The notes under the pieces were generated by a model. The model was not told the DNA's origin, made no database searches, and was given only the letters and a program-made list of their open reading frames with translations. Below, piece after piece: positions 14,320 to 26,563 of a stretch of DNA of 64,000 nt. The stretch is taken from contig JAQGDQ010000232.1 of assembly GCA_030141605.1 (NCBI GenBank), positions 248,001-312,000 on the forward strand. The letters run 5' to 3'. The translations under genes and the position numbers were made by a program. Position 1 is the first letter of the stretch. Every line of letters begins with the position of its first letter. Source of the stretch: Tubiluchus corallicola (lineage: Eukaryota; Animalia; Priapulida).

Positions 14320-17142
14320 TTAGTCCATACCTTCAGAAAAATTGTGCACAGTGTCAACAAATGTCTTCACATTTTCGGGGTCCATATCAGGATAAATTCC
14401 ATGGCCTAGATTAGCTATATACCTTTGCTTTCCAAATTGTTTCAGCATTTCCTTTACAGTTTTTTCCAGCTTCTCCTTTGGTGCATAGAGAGCGCACGGA
14501 TCTAAGTTCCCCTGCAGTGTGACATCGCTTCCAGTTCTTGCCCTGCAGCTCCTCGGTTGCATGGTCCAGTCAAGACCGACGACATCGTACCCAATCTGAG
14601 CCAGATCTTCCAAAGCGTAATGTGCACCTTTAGCAAACACAATCATTGGAACATCAGGCAAATCCGCATCTTTTAATCGTCTTTTAACGAGATTGTTAAT
14701 CTGTCTGAGATAAGGTAATGCAAAAGTAGTGAAAAGTTTGGAATCTAAGATGGTGGCATGAGATTCGAACACCTGAAGTAACTGAGCACCAGCTTCCACT
14801 TGTCCGATGAGGTAATCAACATTTACATTAGTAATAAGCTGCAGTAGTTTACAGCTATCTTCAGGGTATTGATAGAGCCACCGTTTTGCATTAGACATTG
14901 TGGTTGATCCACCACCTTCGATCATGTAAGACATCAACGTCCATGGAGCACCTGTAAAGCCAATTAATGGACATTGTCCATCAAGCTTTTTCCTAGTCAA
15001 TGTTAAAGCATCAAAAACATAACCCAATTCTTTCTTAACATCAACAACATGTCTCAACTTGTTAACATCGTCTGGAGCACGAAGTGGCTCTGGAAAATGA
15101 GGACCCTTGCCAGGTAACATTTCCACTTGCATTCCCATTGCTTGCGGAACAACCAGAATGTCCGAAAATATAATAGCAGCATCTAAGTCAAACCTTCTGA
15201 TGGGTTGAAGGGTTATCTCGCATGCTAGTTCGGGGGTACAACATATTGTAAAGAAGTTATAATTCTCCCTGACTGCACGGAACTCAGGCAGATATCGTCC
15301 GGCTTGCCGCATAACCCACACTGGGACTCTTTCCACCTTTTCTCCTGAAAGGAGAACAGAAATTTTAAATTTATTAAGTTAGTTCAGGTAAAGTCAGTCC
15401 AGTAGCTAACATTATTCAGAAGTTTTTAATTAACGTAATGTGAAGACATTCTCTACTTTCCTCTCAAAAGATTTCATGCAAATTAAATTGTCGACACGTT
15501 ACACATATAATGCCATGTGGTGTGCATTGCAGGTTTATATAATTCTACATTTTATTTCAATCACACAAGAATAGAAGTATTTAAGAATTAAATAGCTAAT
15601 GATGGATGCTAAGAAATGATACTGGTAAAAACAATAATAACAGAATTTGACAGAAATTAAGACAGCATTAACATTAAAAAATACAACAGAGATGCATTAG
15701 CATAAAAGCAGTAATTCTAAAGGTTTGATAACCTTAAACAGCACAGCAGCTCTTATTCTATCTATTTCCTAGCAATGAATTAGGTTTTTATTACCCATTT
15801 TCAGTTATGTTGAAAACTGCCTCAGCAACAGCTCTGAATTCGGACACAATTTACTATAAAGTCCATCGTACATCTAGCCAATAGTTTGTCCAATGTATGC
15901 AACAGAGACAATAGCAATGAAATAAAACCATTAAGCAGCTCATTCACATGTTATGTTATTATAAAGTTTCTTCAACATATCAAGGGCATCGAATTTGCTT
16001 CCCTAAAGGTTGCGAAGGAGCATTTTATATTCTCTGTGATTTGTCATTATTATCATTAAATATAATAGTATAAACATAATTGACATATTCAACATTGTGC
16101 AAATGCTGAGAGAGCACCTGTCAGATAGACAGTAACACCAGCAGTGATAATATATTTTGACAAAATCACTAATCAGGAAAAATACACAAACACATTGAAC
16201 GGTTTTTGTACCATTTAAATGTTCCTTAAATTGAGGTTGGAATAATCACACACTGGCATTGAACAGGTGATCTGACACTTGAATTATTTCTAAAACAATG
16301 AAAATATAAAACGTCATCACGCCCACAAGAGACTCGCACATCATACATCACTATTCATACAACAATTAGACAAAACTAATTCTGGACGATGTTTGCTTAT
16401 TGTACACACCCACAATGCAAGTTTTATTATACTGTCATGATTGAATATTAAGCGAGCACACTAATAGAAACTCAATATTCCGCCAAAATAATTGTCAATA
16501 TCATTAAAAACTTAAACTTTAATATTGGGTTAGTAACACCATCTACTTGCAAACAGAACATGTCCACATATTTCTATACTATTTTTGAGGTCCAGGACTA
16601 TTTCAATTGAAATTTATTTTTTCTTTAATTTAGAAATGTACAGTAACCACTTCCAGACTGTATGGGTGCAACAGATGAATAGTATACAGGTAAATAGGGC
16701 CTATTGCTAGTAATAAGTGAAAAGGAGAGGATAGTGAGCAGACTAAAAGGTTATCAAATCAGTCATCCTTTTAATAATTACGTTAAAATTATATGATCAT
16801 AGGCGCTACTACGGCACTAGTGAGTAATGTCAATTAGTCATCCTTTTAATAATTACGTTAAAATTATATGATCATAGGCGCCACTACGGCACTAGTGAGT
16901 ACAGACAGTAAATTAATTTAACCAGCTTGATTTCCTAAATTAGTAGTTTATAAATAAGTTACAATAAGTTGATAGTTATAAATAATTTATATAAGATGCT
17001 GTCCGGCTTTACCCTGTGGTGAATAACTTGAGTCTTTTACACAAATTACAGGTAAAATGTATTAAAGGAATACCGTACCTTTGGCAGCTCGTAAAATTAC
17101 GTCATTTTTTAACGGCGGAAAACCCGAATGTTTATTAGACAT
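14320..17142 (-). CDS. UROD: Uroporphyrinogen decarboxylase, 362 aa, 2 coding exons
   Basis: Exon 1 17142-17079 ([22 protein letters not shown]) joins exon 2 15344-14320 in phase 1. Motifs [49 protein letters not shown]. Confidence 0.97.
16761..16901. repeat. Tandem duplication (66-bp matching core, 75-bp period) in the UROD intron
   Basis: 16761-16826 and 16836-16901 differ at one visible position. Confidence 0.9.
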
Positions 17143-17274
17143 GTCTGACACTAAAATATTACTTGGAATAATAATTATTTTAAAATCAGATAAACTATTA
17201 ATTCTAATTATCAAACAACAAAAACACAGTATAGCATCACCACTGGCGTAATCGTGACACGTTGTGAAATGTAG

Positions 17275-17840
17275 GGCGCCGAGTAATCCATTAGCCGAAG
17301 TAGGACACTTTCGGCAAAACGCATGTGTTAAATTTGCGAAAAAGCAGTGTCCGTACATGGGCAGCCCAAAGAGGACACTGGCGATTTTTGACAAAAATCG
17401 AGAATTATTATGAAATAAAACTAAGTTTGTTTTAGAGAAAAAGTAACTTTATAATAATAATAATAATAATAATAATAATGGTTAGTCCTTGACAATTTAC
17501 AAAATTAATGTATTTTTTACAATAATATCATCAGTATTATTAGCTCCATTAAAATCATCATAGCATTAAACTAAGTACAGTATCTAATGCTTTAAAGACA
17601 GAAACTATGCACACAGTTATTACAGAAATAATTGCAAGTTTAAAAATGAGGCAGATGCTGCTAAGCTTTCACAACACAAAAAAGTAATTTTTAACATTTA
17701 GGAAAAGCAAAGACAATTAGTTTTAATAATTCGCGACCTGTCTCTAGTGTCCTACTTGGGCAGTCCCATGTACGACACGTCCTACATTAGCCCATGTACG
17801 GCTTGTACGCTAATTGTCCTACTTCGGCTAATGTGCGCTC
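17275..17840. mobile_element. Non-autonomous TIR DNA element (MITE-like) just upstream of UROD
   Basis: Perfect 19-bp inverted repeat CATTAGCCGAAGTAGGACA (17289-17307 / 17815-17833), subterminal repeated motifs (tcctac, cccatgtac) and a possible GTAG TSD. A related copy lies at ~24610-32380. Exact ends are uncertain. Confidence 0.7.
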
Positions 17841-18299
17841 GTAGTGTACAATGAAATTACCATTTTAATTTGTTTCAATTTTTTCAATTTCGTTTTATTG
17901 CACAAATACATCAGTGTATCATGGCAAAAAATTAAAATTACAAAAAAAATTAAAGTACAAGAACAATTTCAAAGTATAACAAATACAATTATGCAAGAAT
18001 GCAATTATGCAGTTATGCAATAGAATACAATTATGCAAAAACAATTTCAAAATATAACAAATACAATTATGCTATGCTGCGAAAACACGAGTTTTACAAT
18101 TTCCTTAAATAGCCTACTTAAATCTAATAAGATATTATGAGCTCTTATGAAATAATATTTTATGTTACAACTACATTGAACTAGTAGAAACACAAAACCT
18201 AAATTATTAAAATAATCACAAACGAGATTAAATTATACAATCACAGCTCAATGTTTATCCAGCACTCACAGATTACCACCAAGACATAACTGCCTTTTT

Positions 18300-19560
18300 T
18301 ATTACATTCACTTAAGTAGTTTCCAAAATGAATAAGGTCTTCTGGGTTAGAAAAATCCACATTACTGAGTATACAGTACCTTTTTGTAAAGATAGACTAT
18401 ATATTTTGTGCTCATATTTTTGTCTAATATTTTCATACAATTCACAAGTAAAATGTAATGTAATTCGTTTTCTACTACTTTTGAGCTATTGTTGTGATAG
18501 TATTGACAAAGCCTTTCATCCTCTTTTTTATTTTTATATCTACCACATTCTATTTCCAGGTCGGTTGCTGATGCTTAATTTTCTAATCCTTTGTCTCTGT
18601 TTCTTATTAGAAATAATTTTTAAATGATCTTCTAATTCATAATTAATTTTTACATGTCTATAAAATCTTGGTTTGTTTTTGCCACCATTTTGTCTAGTAT
18701 CATTATGTAGCTCTGTAAAAATAGTTTTCTGTACCCTGATTTGAGTTTATTACCGAATTCTTTTAATTTGCGATTCAGACACATTTTATCAATTTCAAAG
18801 AAGTATATTTACATCAAGACTCTAATGAAATATTAGAGATCTTAATTTCAATAATGCCCTAATGCTTTGCTTTCTCATTGCGTTACAGTGCTTTGTGTAT
18901 GAACCATTGTTTGTAAAATACATTCCTAGGTATTTGATATGTTTTTCTGTTTTTAATAAGGTATTCCCAAGATAAAAGTGAATGTTCAACATTTTACTGG
19001 ATGGCTTGTTTCCAAAGGCAGCAACTTTAGTTTTGGTATTATTAAATTGTAATGAGTTCTGTTTTGCATATATAGCTAATTTGTTGATTTTATTTTGTAG
19101 CCCTTCTTTAGATGTACTGCAATAACTAGGTCGTCAGCATACTGTAAGTATTTAATGATTTTGTCATGCAAAGTTAGGGAATCCCCATCAGGTAAAAATC
19201 AGGAAAATCATTTACATATACAATAAACAGAGTGTCATCTTGCCTAACGCCAGTTTCAGTTTTAAAGAAGGGAGAAAAAGTGTCTGATTTTCTTTATTGT
19301 GGTTTGGCTTTTATTATACATATCTTTAATGATACATTGGATAGATTCATCAGTTCCATATCTTTTTAATTTGCTAATCATGACTTAACCTCTCAAAAGC
19401 TGTTGTGAAGTCAATAAAGCAGATATATAAGTAGGAACCTTTCTTTTTATTGTTTTCTTTTATCCGTAAATCTCAAGTCATTAGACAATCCATTTCGAAA
19501 GCCAAATTAAAACTCTAAAAGAATACCAGAATTTTTAAGATATTTGGCTAGTCGTTCATT
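18300..19560 (-). mobile_element. Degenerate non-LTR (LINE) reverse transcriptase remnant
   Basis: Minus-strand peptide fragments in RT order: YICFIDFTTAF (~19410), TETGVRQ (~19250), KYLQYADDLVI (~19140), IKYLG (~18930). Many stops and frameshifts. Confidence 0.75.
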
Positions 19561-19689
19561 AAAATTGAATTAGTGGCATGCATTAGTTTATATTGCTGCC
19601 AAGCTGTGTAAACACATAGACAAGTTTGATAGTACACAATCTTATTAGTGAATATACAATCACAGGAAATACAATTATGCAACATATTT

Positions 19690-21633
19690 CTAATGAGTGC
19701 TGCAGTCCAAATATGTTCCAGTTAGAACAGCTTTCTTTAAGAACAAAAAGTTCTCAACAGTTGCGGCTTTATGATCACACAGTCTGTCGACCTTTGCCCC
19801 AGCCTCTGATTGCAAGTATTTATAATGGAAGAGTTTTCCATCAAAACATTCCCATGGCATTCCACAGTGAAGTGGTTGTGGGGAACCAGAAGTTACTATT
19901 ACACTTAGCACAACAGCAAGACCACGTAGAAATAATGCAGCTAACTTAACAGGTCTCTCTGATACTGTAGGTACATGTAGACTGGCAAGAGCCTTTACAT
20001 CACTTGAATACAAACACAAAGCTTGTGCCAGAAATGCATCCAATTCCCATTCCTCTAGAAGACGCCGTGGTTTACTATGTTTTGTATGACTATGAGAAGA
20101 CACAGCATTTTTGTTAGCATCTTGCTGTAACAAATAATGCAAAAACAAACACATTGGAACAAGATGTGATGGCATCTCATGGCGAACAATTTCTTCAGGC
20201 ATGTTACAGGAAGTGATGGCTAACACTGTACGCCATCTCAGATCAACCACTTCGCTAGACTCTTTTAACCAGAGGTTCTCTAGTCCAGGATTGAAGCCAT
20301 TTTCAAATGGTGGTACTGCTTCGAACAGATCAGGAATATGTATCAATTTTCCAGGATAAACACACCATTCAACAACAGCATTCTTCCCAGGGATTAAAGT
20401 TGACTGCTCATGGCTACTTTTAGAATAGATTTTATTTGTTTTTCGCTTATACGGAATCAGTGTTTTAGATTGCTCAGAGTGGCATCCTGTGCCTAAGATC
20501 AGACCGCACAATTTGTGCCTGATGTTTCTTGTTACCACGGAGCATGCCTCACTTCCATCACTATCATAATCTTCAAGAGAAGCACCAGCACCAACATCTT
20601 GTCCACAAATAATGGAAAAAACAATGGGCATCATTTCAGAGTTTAAATGTTGCCTCTTCGCCATTTGATAAATTATAGGATGGACATTCAGTGCACAGGA
20701 CATGTCCAGTCTTTCTTCAACAGTAAATGAATCGTAAAACTTTATATAAACACTGATACTATCCTGTAAGAGACTACGGATCCCTTGGAAAATGTCTAAT
20801 TCAATACAAGAAAAACTTAAATTATGGTTTGATTTTATAAATTCAGCCACAAGAGAAATTAAGTGGCAGCTACGCCTTGTGCTGAATAAATAGTTGTGAA
20901 AGAACTTGAGTTTGGAAACATGTACGAAGTCATTACCCACTAAAGAAGCAAGCAGTGGCAATTCCTTAACATCAATATTTAATTTTTTGCAAAGTGCAGT
21001 ACGATTGACAGATATACCCGACATATTATCAACATCTATTGTGTCTATTTTAATATATGGCACAGTATCAAATATGACAAAATCTGAATCATTGCTGATA
21101 ATAGCCATGACATAGTTATCTGGTTTTGCGGCAAAGGCAGCAATAGCCTGATCAGCCTCGGCGAATGAATTTGCAACTTTCTGGTGCAAGACAAATTTTA
21201 AGATAAACCGCGTCATAACTGGAAGATTAGGTGGTATCATAAACAGCTGTGGACTTGGTTCCGTTTTGTGTCTATCAATATGTATAAATATTTGTTGAAT
21301 TTTATTTACATCGTTAAGCCGGCGTTCAATCCATGTTTCTCTTTTTCGATTCTCCACTCTTCCATCAAAAATAAAATACAATTCAATGCCAGCTTTCTCA
21401 AAGTTGCAAATCCAGTGTCTAATGGATTCCACATATTCGCGCCACTGTCCACCATGGACCCACGCCATGCCAGGGTGATACCATTCCCGAACACATGCCA
21501 AACCATCAACAACTATGCAGGCCTTGGTGCCATAAAATCTGGAAAAATCCAATGCCATTTGCACCAAGGACACTTGACTCAAAGCCTCTGGACACTGAGA
21601 TTCAATGAATGAATTTAGGCCTTTTACTCCCAT
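19690..21633 (-). CDS. FAM120B: FAM120B-like (constitutive coactivator of PPAR-gamma-like) PIN/XPG-like domain protein, 647 aa, single coding exon
   Basis: MGVKGLNSF...IVVDG...WVHGGQW..Y...FIFDG...EADQAIA...ISNDSDF, plus C-terminal WELDAFLAQA and PWECFDGKLFH motifs typical of the FAM120 family. A splice acceptor at 21712-21713 lies in the 5' UTR. Confidence 0.88.
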   Translation of the reverse strand: MGVKGLNSFIESQCPEALSQVSLVQMALDFSRFYGTKACIVVDGLACVREWYHPGMAWVHGGQWREYVESIRHWICNFEKAGIELYFIFDGRVENRKRETWIERRLNDVNKIQQIFIHIDRHKTEPSPQLFMIPPNLPVMTRFILKFVLHQKVANSFAEADQAIAAFAAKPDNYVMAIISNDSDFVIFDTVPYIKIDTIDVDNMSGISVNRTALCKKLNIDVKELPLLASLVGNDFVHVSKLKFFHNYLFSTRRSCHLISLVAEFIKSNHNLSFSCIELDIFQGIRSLLQDSISVYIKFYDSFTVEERLDMSCALNVHPIIYQMAKRQHLNSEMMPIVFSIICGQDVGAGASLEDYDSDGSEACSVVTRNIRHKLCGLILGTGCHSEQSKTLIPYKRKTNKIYSKSSHEQSTLIPGKNAVVEWCVYPGKLIHIPDLFEAVPPFENGFNPGLENLWLKESSEVVDLRWRTVLAITSCNMPEEIVRHEMPSHLVPMCLFLHYLLQQDANKNAVSSHSHTKHSKPRRLLEEWELDAFLAQALCLYSSDVKALASLHVPTVSERPVKLAALFLRGLAVVLSVIVTSGSPQPLHCGMPWECFDGKLFHYKYLQSEAGAKVDRLCDHKAATVENFLFLKKAVLTGTYLDCSTH

Positions 21634-22089
21634 TGTTCTTAGAAGTGGCGCATCAAAAGAATCTTATGCATATGTTAATGAAAACATTCTTTGACATCAA
21701 TGATCATTAATCTGCAATTTAAAAAAATATATACAAAGTTTTAATACATGTGCACAAAGAAATCTTGCAATGAAGCTTCACTATGGAGATCATTTTGATC
21801 TGAATATCTTAAGTATCCACAAAATTTTTTATAATTTTATTATTAAAACTTATCAATGTACAACACATAGACCATCAACCACTTGAAGAAATAAAATAAA
21901 GTTGAAAGCACGTCCCCTTGGTTTCTTTGATCACTGAATTATCATGTAAAGCTTTGATAAGTGGACTATCTTCTGATAATCTCTCAGCGGAGCAAAACAC
22001 GAAACTAATAGCCTGTTTGGTTGCCACTATTGATGAAAGGCATAAAAGCTCTTGAAGAGATGTGACAAATTAAGTGGTAATAACATCAG

Positions 22090-22190
22090 TCAGGCTGGAA
22101 TCATTGTCAAGAAGGAGAATTTATGTTGATTTGAGAGAAATGTTTAAAATACGTCATGATTATTATAAGATCTCCACATGTGATTATTAC
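22090..22190 (+). mobile_element. Small CR1-like LINE 3' fragment
   Basis: LESLSRRRIYVDLREMFKI resembles the L.SL..RR..GDLI..FKI C-terminal motif of CR1-clade ORF2. Confidence 0.45.
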
Positions 22191-23849
22191 ATAGAGAAAA
22201 ATACCTCACTCAAAACAATCATGTTACTACAAGGCAGGTCACTGCTTAAGTCCTTTAACTCCTTAATGACTATGAACATTTGTGTAGTTTAGACATCCTT
22301 ATTATTATTATTATTATTATCATTAAATTTTGGAGTCGAGTAATTAACAGGATGATACGAAAAGTATGTAATTTTAACGTTTTCGTTTCAAAGCCTTCTA
22401 GTTTCAAAACCTGGTAGTAATATCTAAAACTGTTCAGCATAAAAACTGCAGAGCATTCTTTTCTGCAAAAAATTTTGCAGAAAGTATTCAAGACCGTCTA
22501 ACTTTGTAAATTTGGCAGCTGCTCAAACATGCTAAAGTAAAGGAATGAAGCAGTAGCAGCAGCACTTGATGCAGGTGAGTCTGTCCTGCAATGGCTGCAG
22601 CTAATTATAACAACAGATGTTTTGTAGTTTGCACCTTTGTATCATTAATATATTATTTATTCTTCTTTTTGGTTTGATTTATAATATCATAATGGCTTCA
22701 GTAGCTGAAATGATCATCACTTAATAAACATGTTCATAATGAATATGTTATTAGAGAAAACAACGTTGATGTATTAAAAAAATTTTGAAGTTGACTAGTG
22801 TTGGCTTCTTCTGGCGTAAGCTTATTGCATTCTTACTGGTGTTTCTCTTGGTTATCTCACTAATCTGAGGTGTCACAACCATCTCAATCTTTGGAGCTTA
22901 ACTCCAAGGCATTTCTTCCATTCTTTCATTATTGATTATGAATAGCCATCTTATCTCTAAATTTTCCTGAGGAGACTTCTCTGAAACAACTCAATCTGCT
23001 TGTCTTGACTAGATTCTGAAAAATTGGAAAAACTAGACCTGCATTGACTTTCTGCTAGAAGACATAGTGGTCGAGACTTATTGAAACATTCAAGATTCTT
23101 AAGGGATTTACTGATGTCAATGCAAACCAGTTTTTTATACTCAGTAGAAGCATTACACATGAGCATGGTGCTAAATTGTTCAAGTATAGGATCAATACTA
23201 AAAGGTACCAGCTGTAACCGGCATAGTTTTTCACAAGCTGAAGTGATAATGTAGAACTTGTTACCAGAATCATTAGTGAAAGCACATAAAGTAAATAGTT
23301 TTAAACACGAACTTTTTTGTAGAACTCCATGCGAGGAACCTCCTATTTTAATATCTGTAGGTATATTAAGAGGAGGTAATTAACTGGACAAGGTTGTTTT
23401 TGGCAAGCTACTTAATGAATGAGAGATTGGTGCAAGAGACGGAAATCAGGGCTTACTCACCTTGAAGGCAAGTTATCAGCCAACGAAGCATAAGTCCAGG
23501 GATATGATTCTGTTCACATATTTATGTCAGGCCTCCCTATTCGCTGCAATCCAAGGTTCTGTGCTGAAATGTTTAAATCTTTCTGTGCAACATCTAAATA
23601 TGCTAACATTTCTCCTCCTGCAGATTTTCTGCTTGGTTCTATGGCTTGTTGAAGACTTTTATTTTTTTATCCAAATCTTTGTTTGAGATTTTCTTTGGCC
23701 ATCTGATAACCAATATGTTTCTGTGACTTCGCCTTTGAAATGCATCAATTTCAGTTTTGTGATTTGCGTTTAATGTCCAGAGGTCAGAGTTTCACAGAAA
23801 TATAGTTTCAACTAAGGCTGAGAATATCCTATTTCTCGTTTGCAAACTT

Positions 23850-24605
23850 TTGTGAGTTTAGGGCACTTGGTTGAATGATTTCCAATTTCTCCCATTCAGT
23901 TGCTGTGAAATTTGACCAAGTCTCAAAGCATTTCGCACTGCACTCGCAGAAAGAAGCTCATATAACTTTAGTTTAACTCTTATTGAGCAATCTCCCATTA
24001 TTAGCTCACTCAGTTCCTATTGCATTAATACTACCTGTTGATTTTTTTGGTTCGTTCTCTCAACATTGTTTCATAACTGCATTTTGAATTAATCAAATCT
24101 CCCCCAATTAAAATTGGCATTTTTCAGTTTCCTTGATCTCTCCATTCCTGAGGGACTCACTTAATTAATACCAAAACATTTTTTGCACGTCATATTTGTT
24201 CCCATACACTGTGGTTTTAGTGCATTAAATGTTAAGCTTATGGTTTTTTCAATTTCTTGACAGTTTTCAATCATCTGTTTAATTATAGTTCTACTCTCAC
24301 AATATCATCAATATCATCGATAAATAATGACAAACCCATGTATGTTTCTGCCAATTACATGTCCCTGTTATCACCATATCAATTATTGTATCACAAAATA
24401 ATAATGTGGTGCTGCAATACTGTTCCTTGTTGGACTATTTCATTTATTTATATCTTGTCTGTCTTACCTAATGGTGTTTCTATGATGGTTTCTGCAATTT
24501 CATTTAGTTCATCATAACCACTTTATCATAACCATCATTGTGCATCCTTCAACTACAACTTATCGAAACACTTTTCTATACCACAAAAAATTATGTACAT
24601 GTCAT
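23850..24605 (-). mobile_element. Degenerate LINE RT remnant
   Basis: Minus-strand fragments IEKCFDKL (~24570), VQQGTVL (~24425), SLFIDDI (~24320) occur in RT order. Confidence 0.55.
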
Positions 24606-24895
24606 TTTGAATAGCTGAAGTAGGATGCTTGCGCTAAAGTGTACGCGCCAAATTTGCGGAAAACCAATGTCCTACATGGGCAGCTCAAGTAGGGCACTGT
24701 ACTCAAGTAGGGCGATTTCTCTCAAGTTTAAAAATGAAACAGTGCCCATCTACGGCACTGCTGTACATGGTTCGCTCGCCCATGTAGTGCACTTAGCTCA
24801 CAAACCCGTTTACTTAGGGGAAAATAATTATTTGACGAAGAGGTAGTGAAATGGATCACCTGTGTGTGAAGCGAGTCAAAATAAAAATAACATAC

Positions 24896-25893
24896 TGTAA
24901 TGTGGTTTGCACTGTTTGGCATTATTATCGTTTTTGTTGTCTAGGGGAATGAATTGTGTGCACCACAAGTACATTAACCTCACTATGGTAATAGTGTAGG
25001 TGTGAAGTTTGGGTCCATTTCTGCATATGTGTACCAAATTGGATTACACTGAACCAGTGGAAGGAAAATGCAAATAATGAGAAATTAAGTTTAACCAGTT
25101 TATTTTCTAATCATAAATCAGATACAATAGTAGGAGTAAACACTCCAATACAAGTTGATGTCTTCAGCTTCATTATTCAGAGCAAACTTCAAATTGAATG
25201 TTGAAAATGGCACATTGTTAATTTAAAGTTACATCATTCTATTTCAGAATGCAGTGGGCTGTTCAATTTGTCAGAAAAATATCTGTACATCTTTGCCTCA
25301 ATTTAGTCACAAGTTCATGTGACTATGGCAATTTGAGTTATTTCATCCTTCAACTTGGAAGTTTGAGTTTTAATTTCTCACCTTTATTTCAGGTTTGGTT
25401 TTCACTGCTTTTATCTCAGCAGGGTTTTTGTTTTTACTGCTTTTGTCACAGCAGGGCAAAAAGGCATTGATCTCGGCTAAAACACTTGTTTTTATACACA
25501 AACGCGGTGCTCTGCGCATGCGCGTTACCAAGTGATGCCATACTGCATGTGAAATGAGGGTTTCGAGCAACTGCTACTTATTTTCATTGGCATCTTCTTA
25601 ATAAGCTATTAAATTGCTTATTTTACAGTTTACTTTGTCATCTGCTTTCTTCTAATTATTTTGCAGCTAACAAATAGTAACAATTGTTTAAGCTCTGCCA
25701 AAAATAATCTTCGGTAAATTAATTGGTTTACCGAGCATCCCAACGGCTCTCAATTGGCGTGATTCCTTGTTGCGCGCCCTCTATCGGCGGGTTGCAAAGT
25801 TAGATTTTGTAAACAAACATGTCCGCTTCCAGCGAAGACATTATTCATTGTAGCAAGGGTTAGGTGGGTTTTAAACAAGGCAAAAACACCACA
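24896..25893 (-). repeat. 3' LTR
   Basis: Direct repeat of 31084-32081; only two differences seen by eye. Confidence 0.97.
25489..25523 (-). promoter_or_regulatory. Putative LTR core promoter: NRF1-like GCGCATGCGCA motif and TATAAAA box
   Basis: On the minus strand: GCGCATGCGCA (~25513-25523), TATAAAAA (25496-25489), a TCAAT Inr-like motif ~28 nt downstream, and AATAAA at 25388-25383. Confidence 0.55.
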
Positions 25894-25905
25894 CACCCCC
25901 CTTCT
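25894..25905 (-). other. Polypurine tract
   Basis: AGAAGGGGGGTG immediately before the 3' LTR. Confidence 0.9.
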
Positions 25906-26563
25906 AAATTACTCCACCTGCCCTCAGGTGGTCAAAAATAGGAATCATTTCTTTTGTGCAGTTGCACACTTCATTGCAGTATTGGCGAAGTTAACAAAGC
26001 TCTGCCCACTTCTTGTAAGTCTTTGTTGTAGATACTTCGGTAGGTATCTTTACTTGATGCACTTGTTTGAAAGTAACAAAACAAGTGCGGGATTGTAACT
26101 GCGTCATAATCAACTACTCCAATAGTACAATTATGTCAGACAGTAATTTTAAATTGCAAAAACTCTTTACTTTTTTAAGATGTGCGAAATACATTTTTAT
26201 AAAATATATATATATTTCAAAATACAAAATCTCTAGCAAAAACGTTAACACGAACTAAACATTTAACAAAGTAATTTTAACACACTGAATATTGCACCTT
26301 CTTTTCTTAATACTGAATACTTGAGGTATAAAAAAATGCATAAAAAATGATTATGTAATCTACAAAATTACATACAAGATTACAAAAATGGATCTATATA
26401 GGAAGCGTAAACGCAATACAGTATCTTAATCTATTCTAAATTGTAAACAGATACTTAAATGGCATAATTTTATCCTGGTTACATCTTTTAGTCATGATTA
26501 CCACAGGAGCTGCTGGTCTCATTATCACTTGAGCTCGAACTGGAAGAGGTTGATGAAAGACGT

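Noticed and set aside
16801-16901. Helitron-like 3' end (small hairpin plus CTAG)
   Set aside because: The stem is only ~3 bp and no 5' TC end was identified.
17062-17394. 110-aa ORF as an independent gene
   Set aside because: Only 17142-17079 is coding (UROD exon 1). The rest is UTR, intron or TIR element.
3412-21713. Four co-oriented genes with acceptors just before the ATG as an SL trans-spliced operon
   Set aside because: Intergenic gaps are kb-scale and contain TEs. Ordinary non-coding first exons explain the acceptors, and nothing in the sequence supports trans-splicing directly.
25249-25570. Small ORFs duplicated at 31437-31758
   Set aside because: They lie inside the LTRs and show no protein-like signal.
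25906-26560. env gene in the Gypsy element
   Set aside because: Only ~650 bp lies between pol and the PPT, with no long ORF, signal peptide or TM segment.
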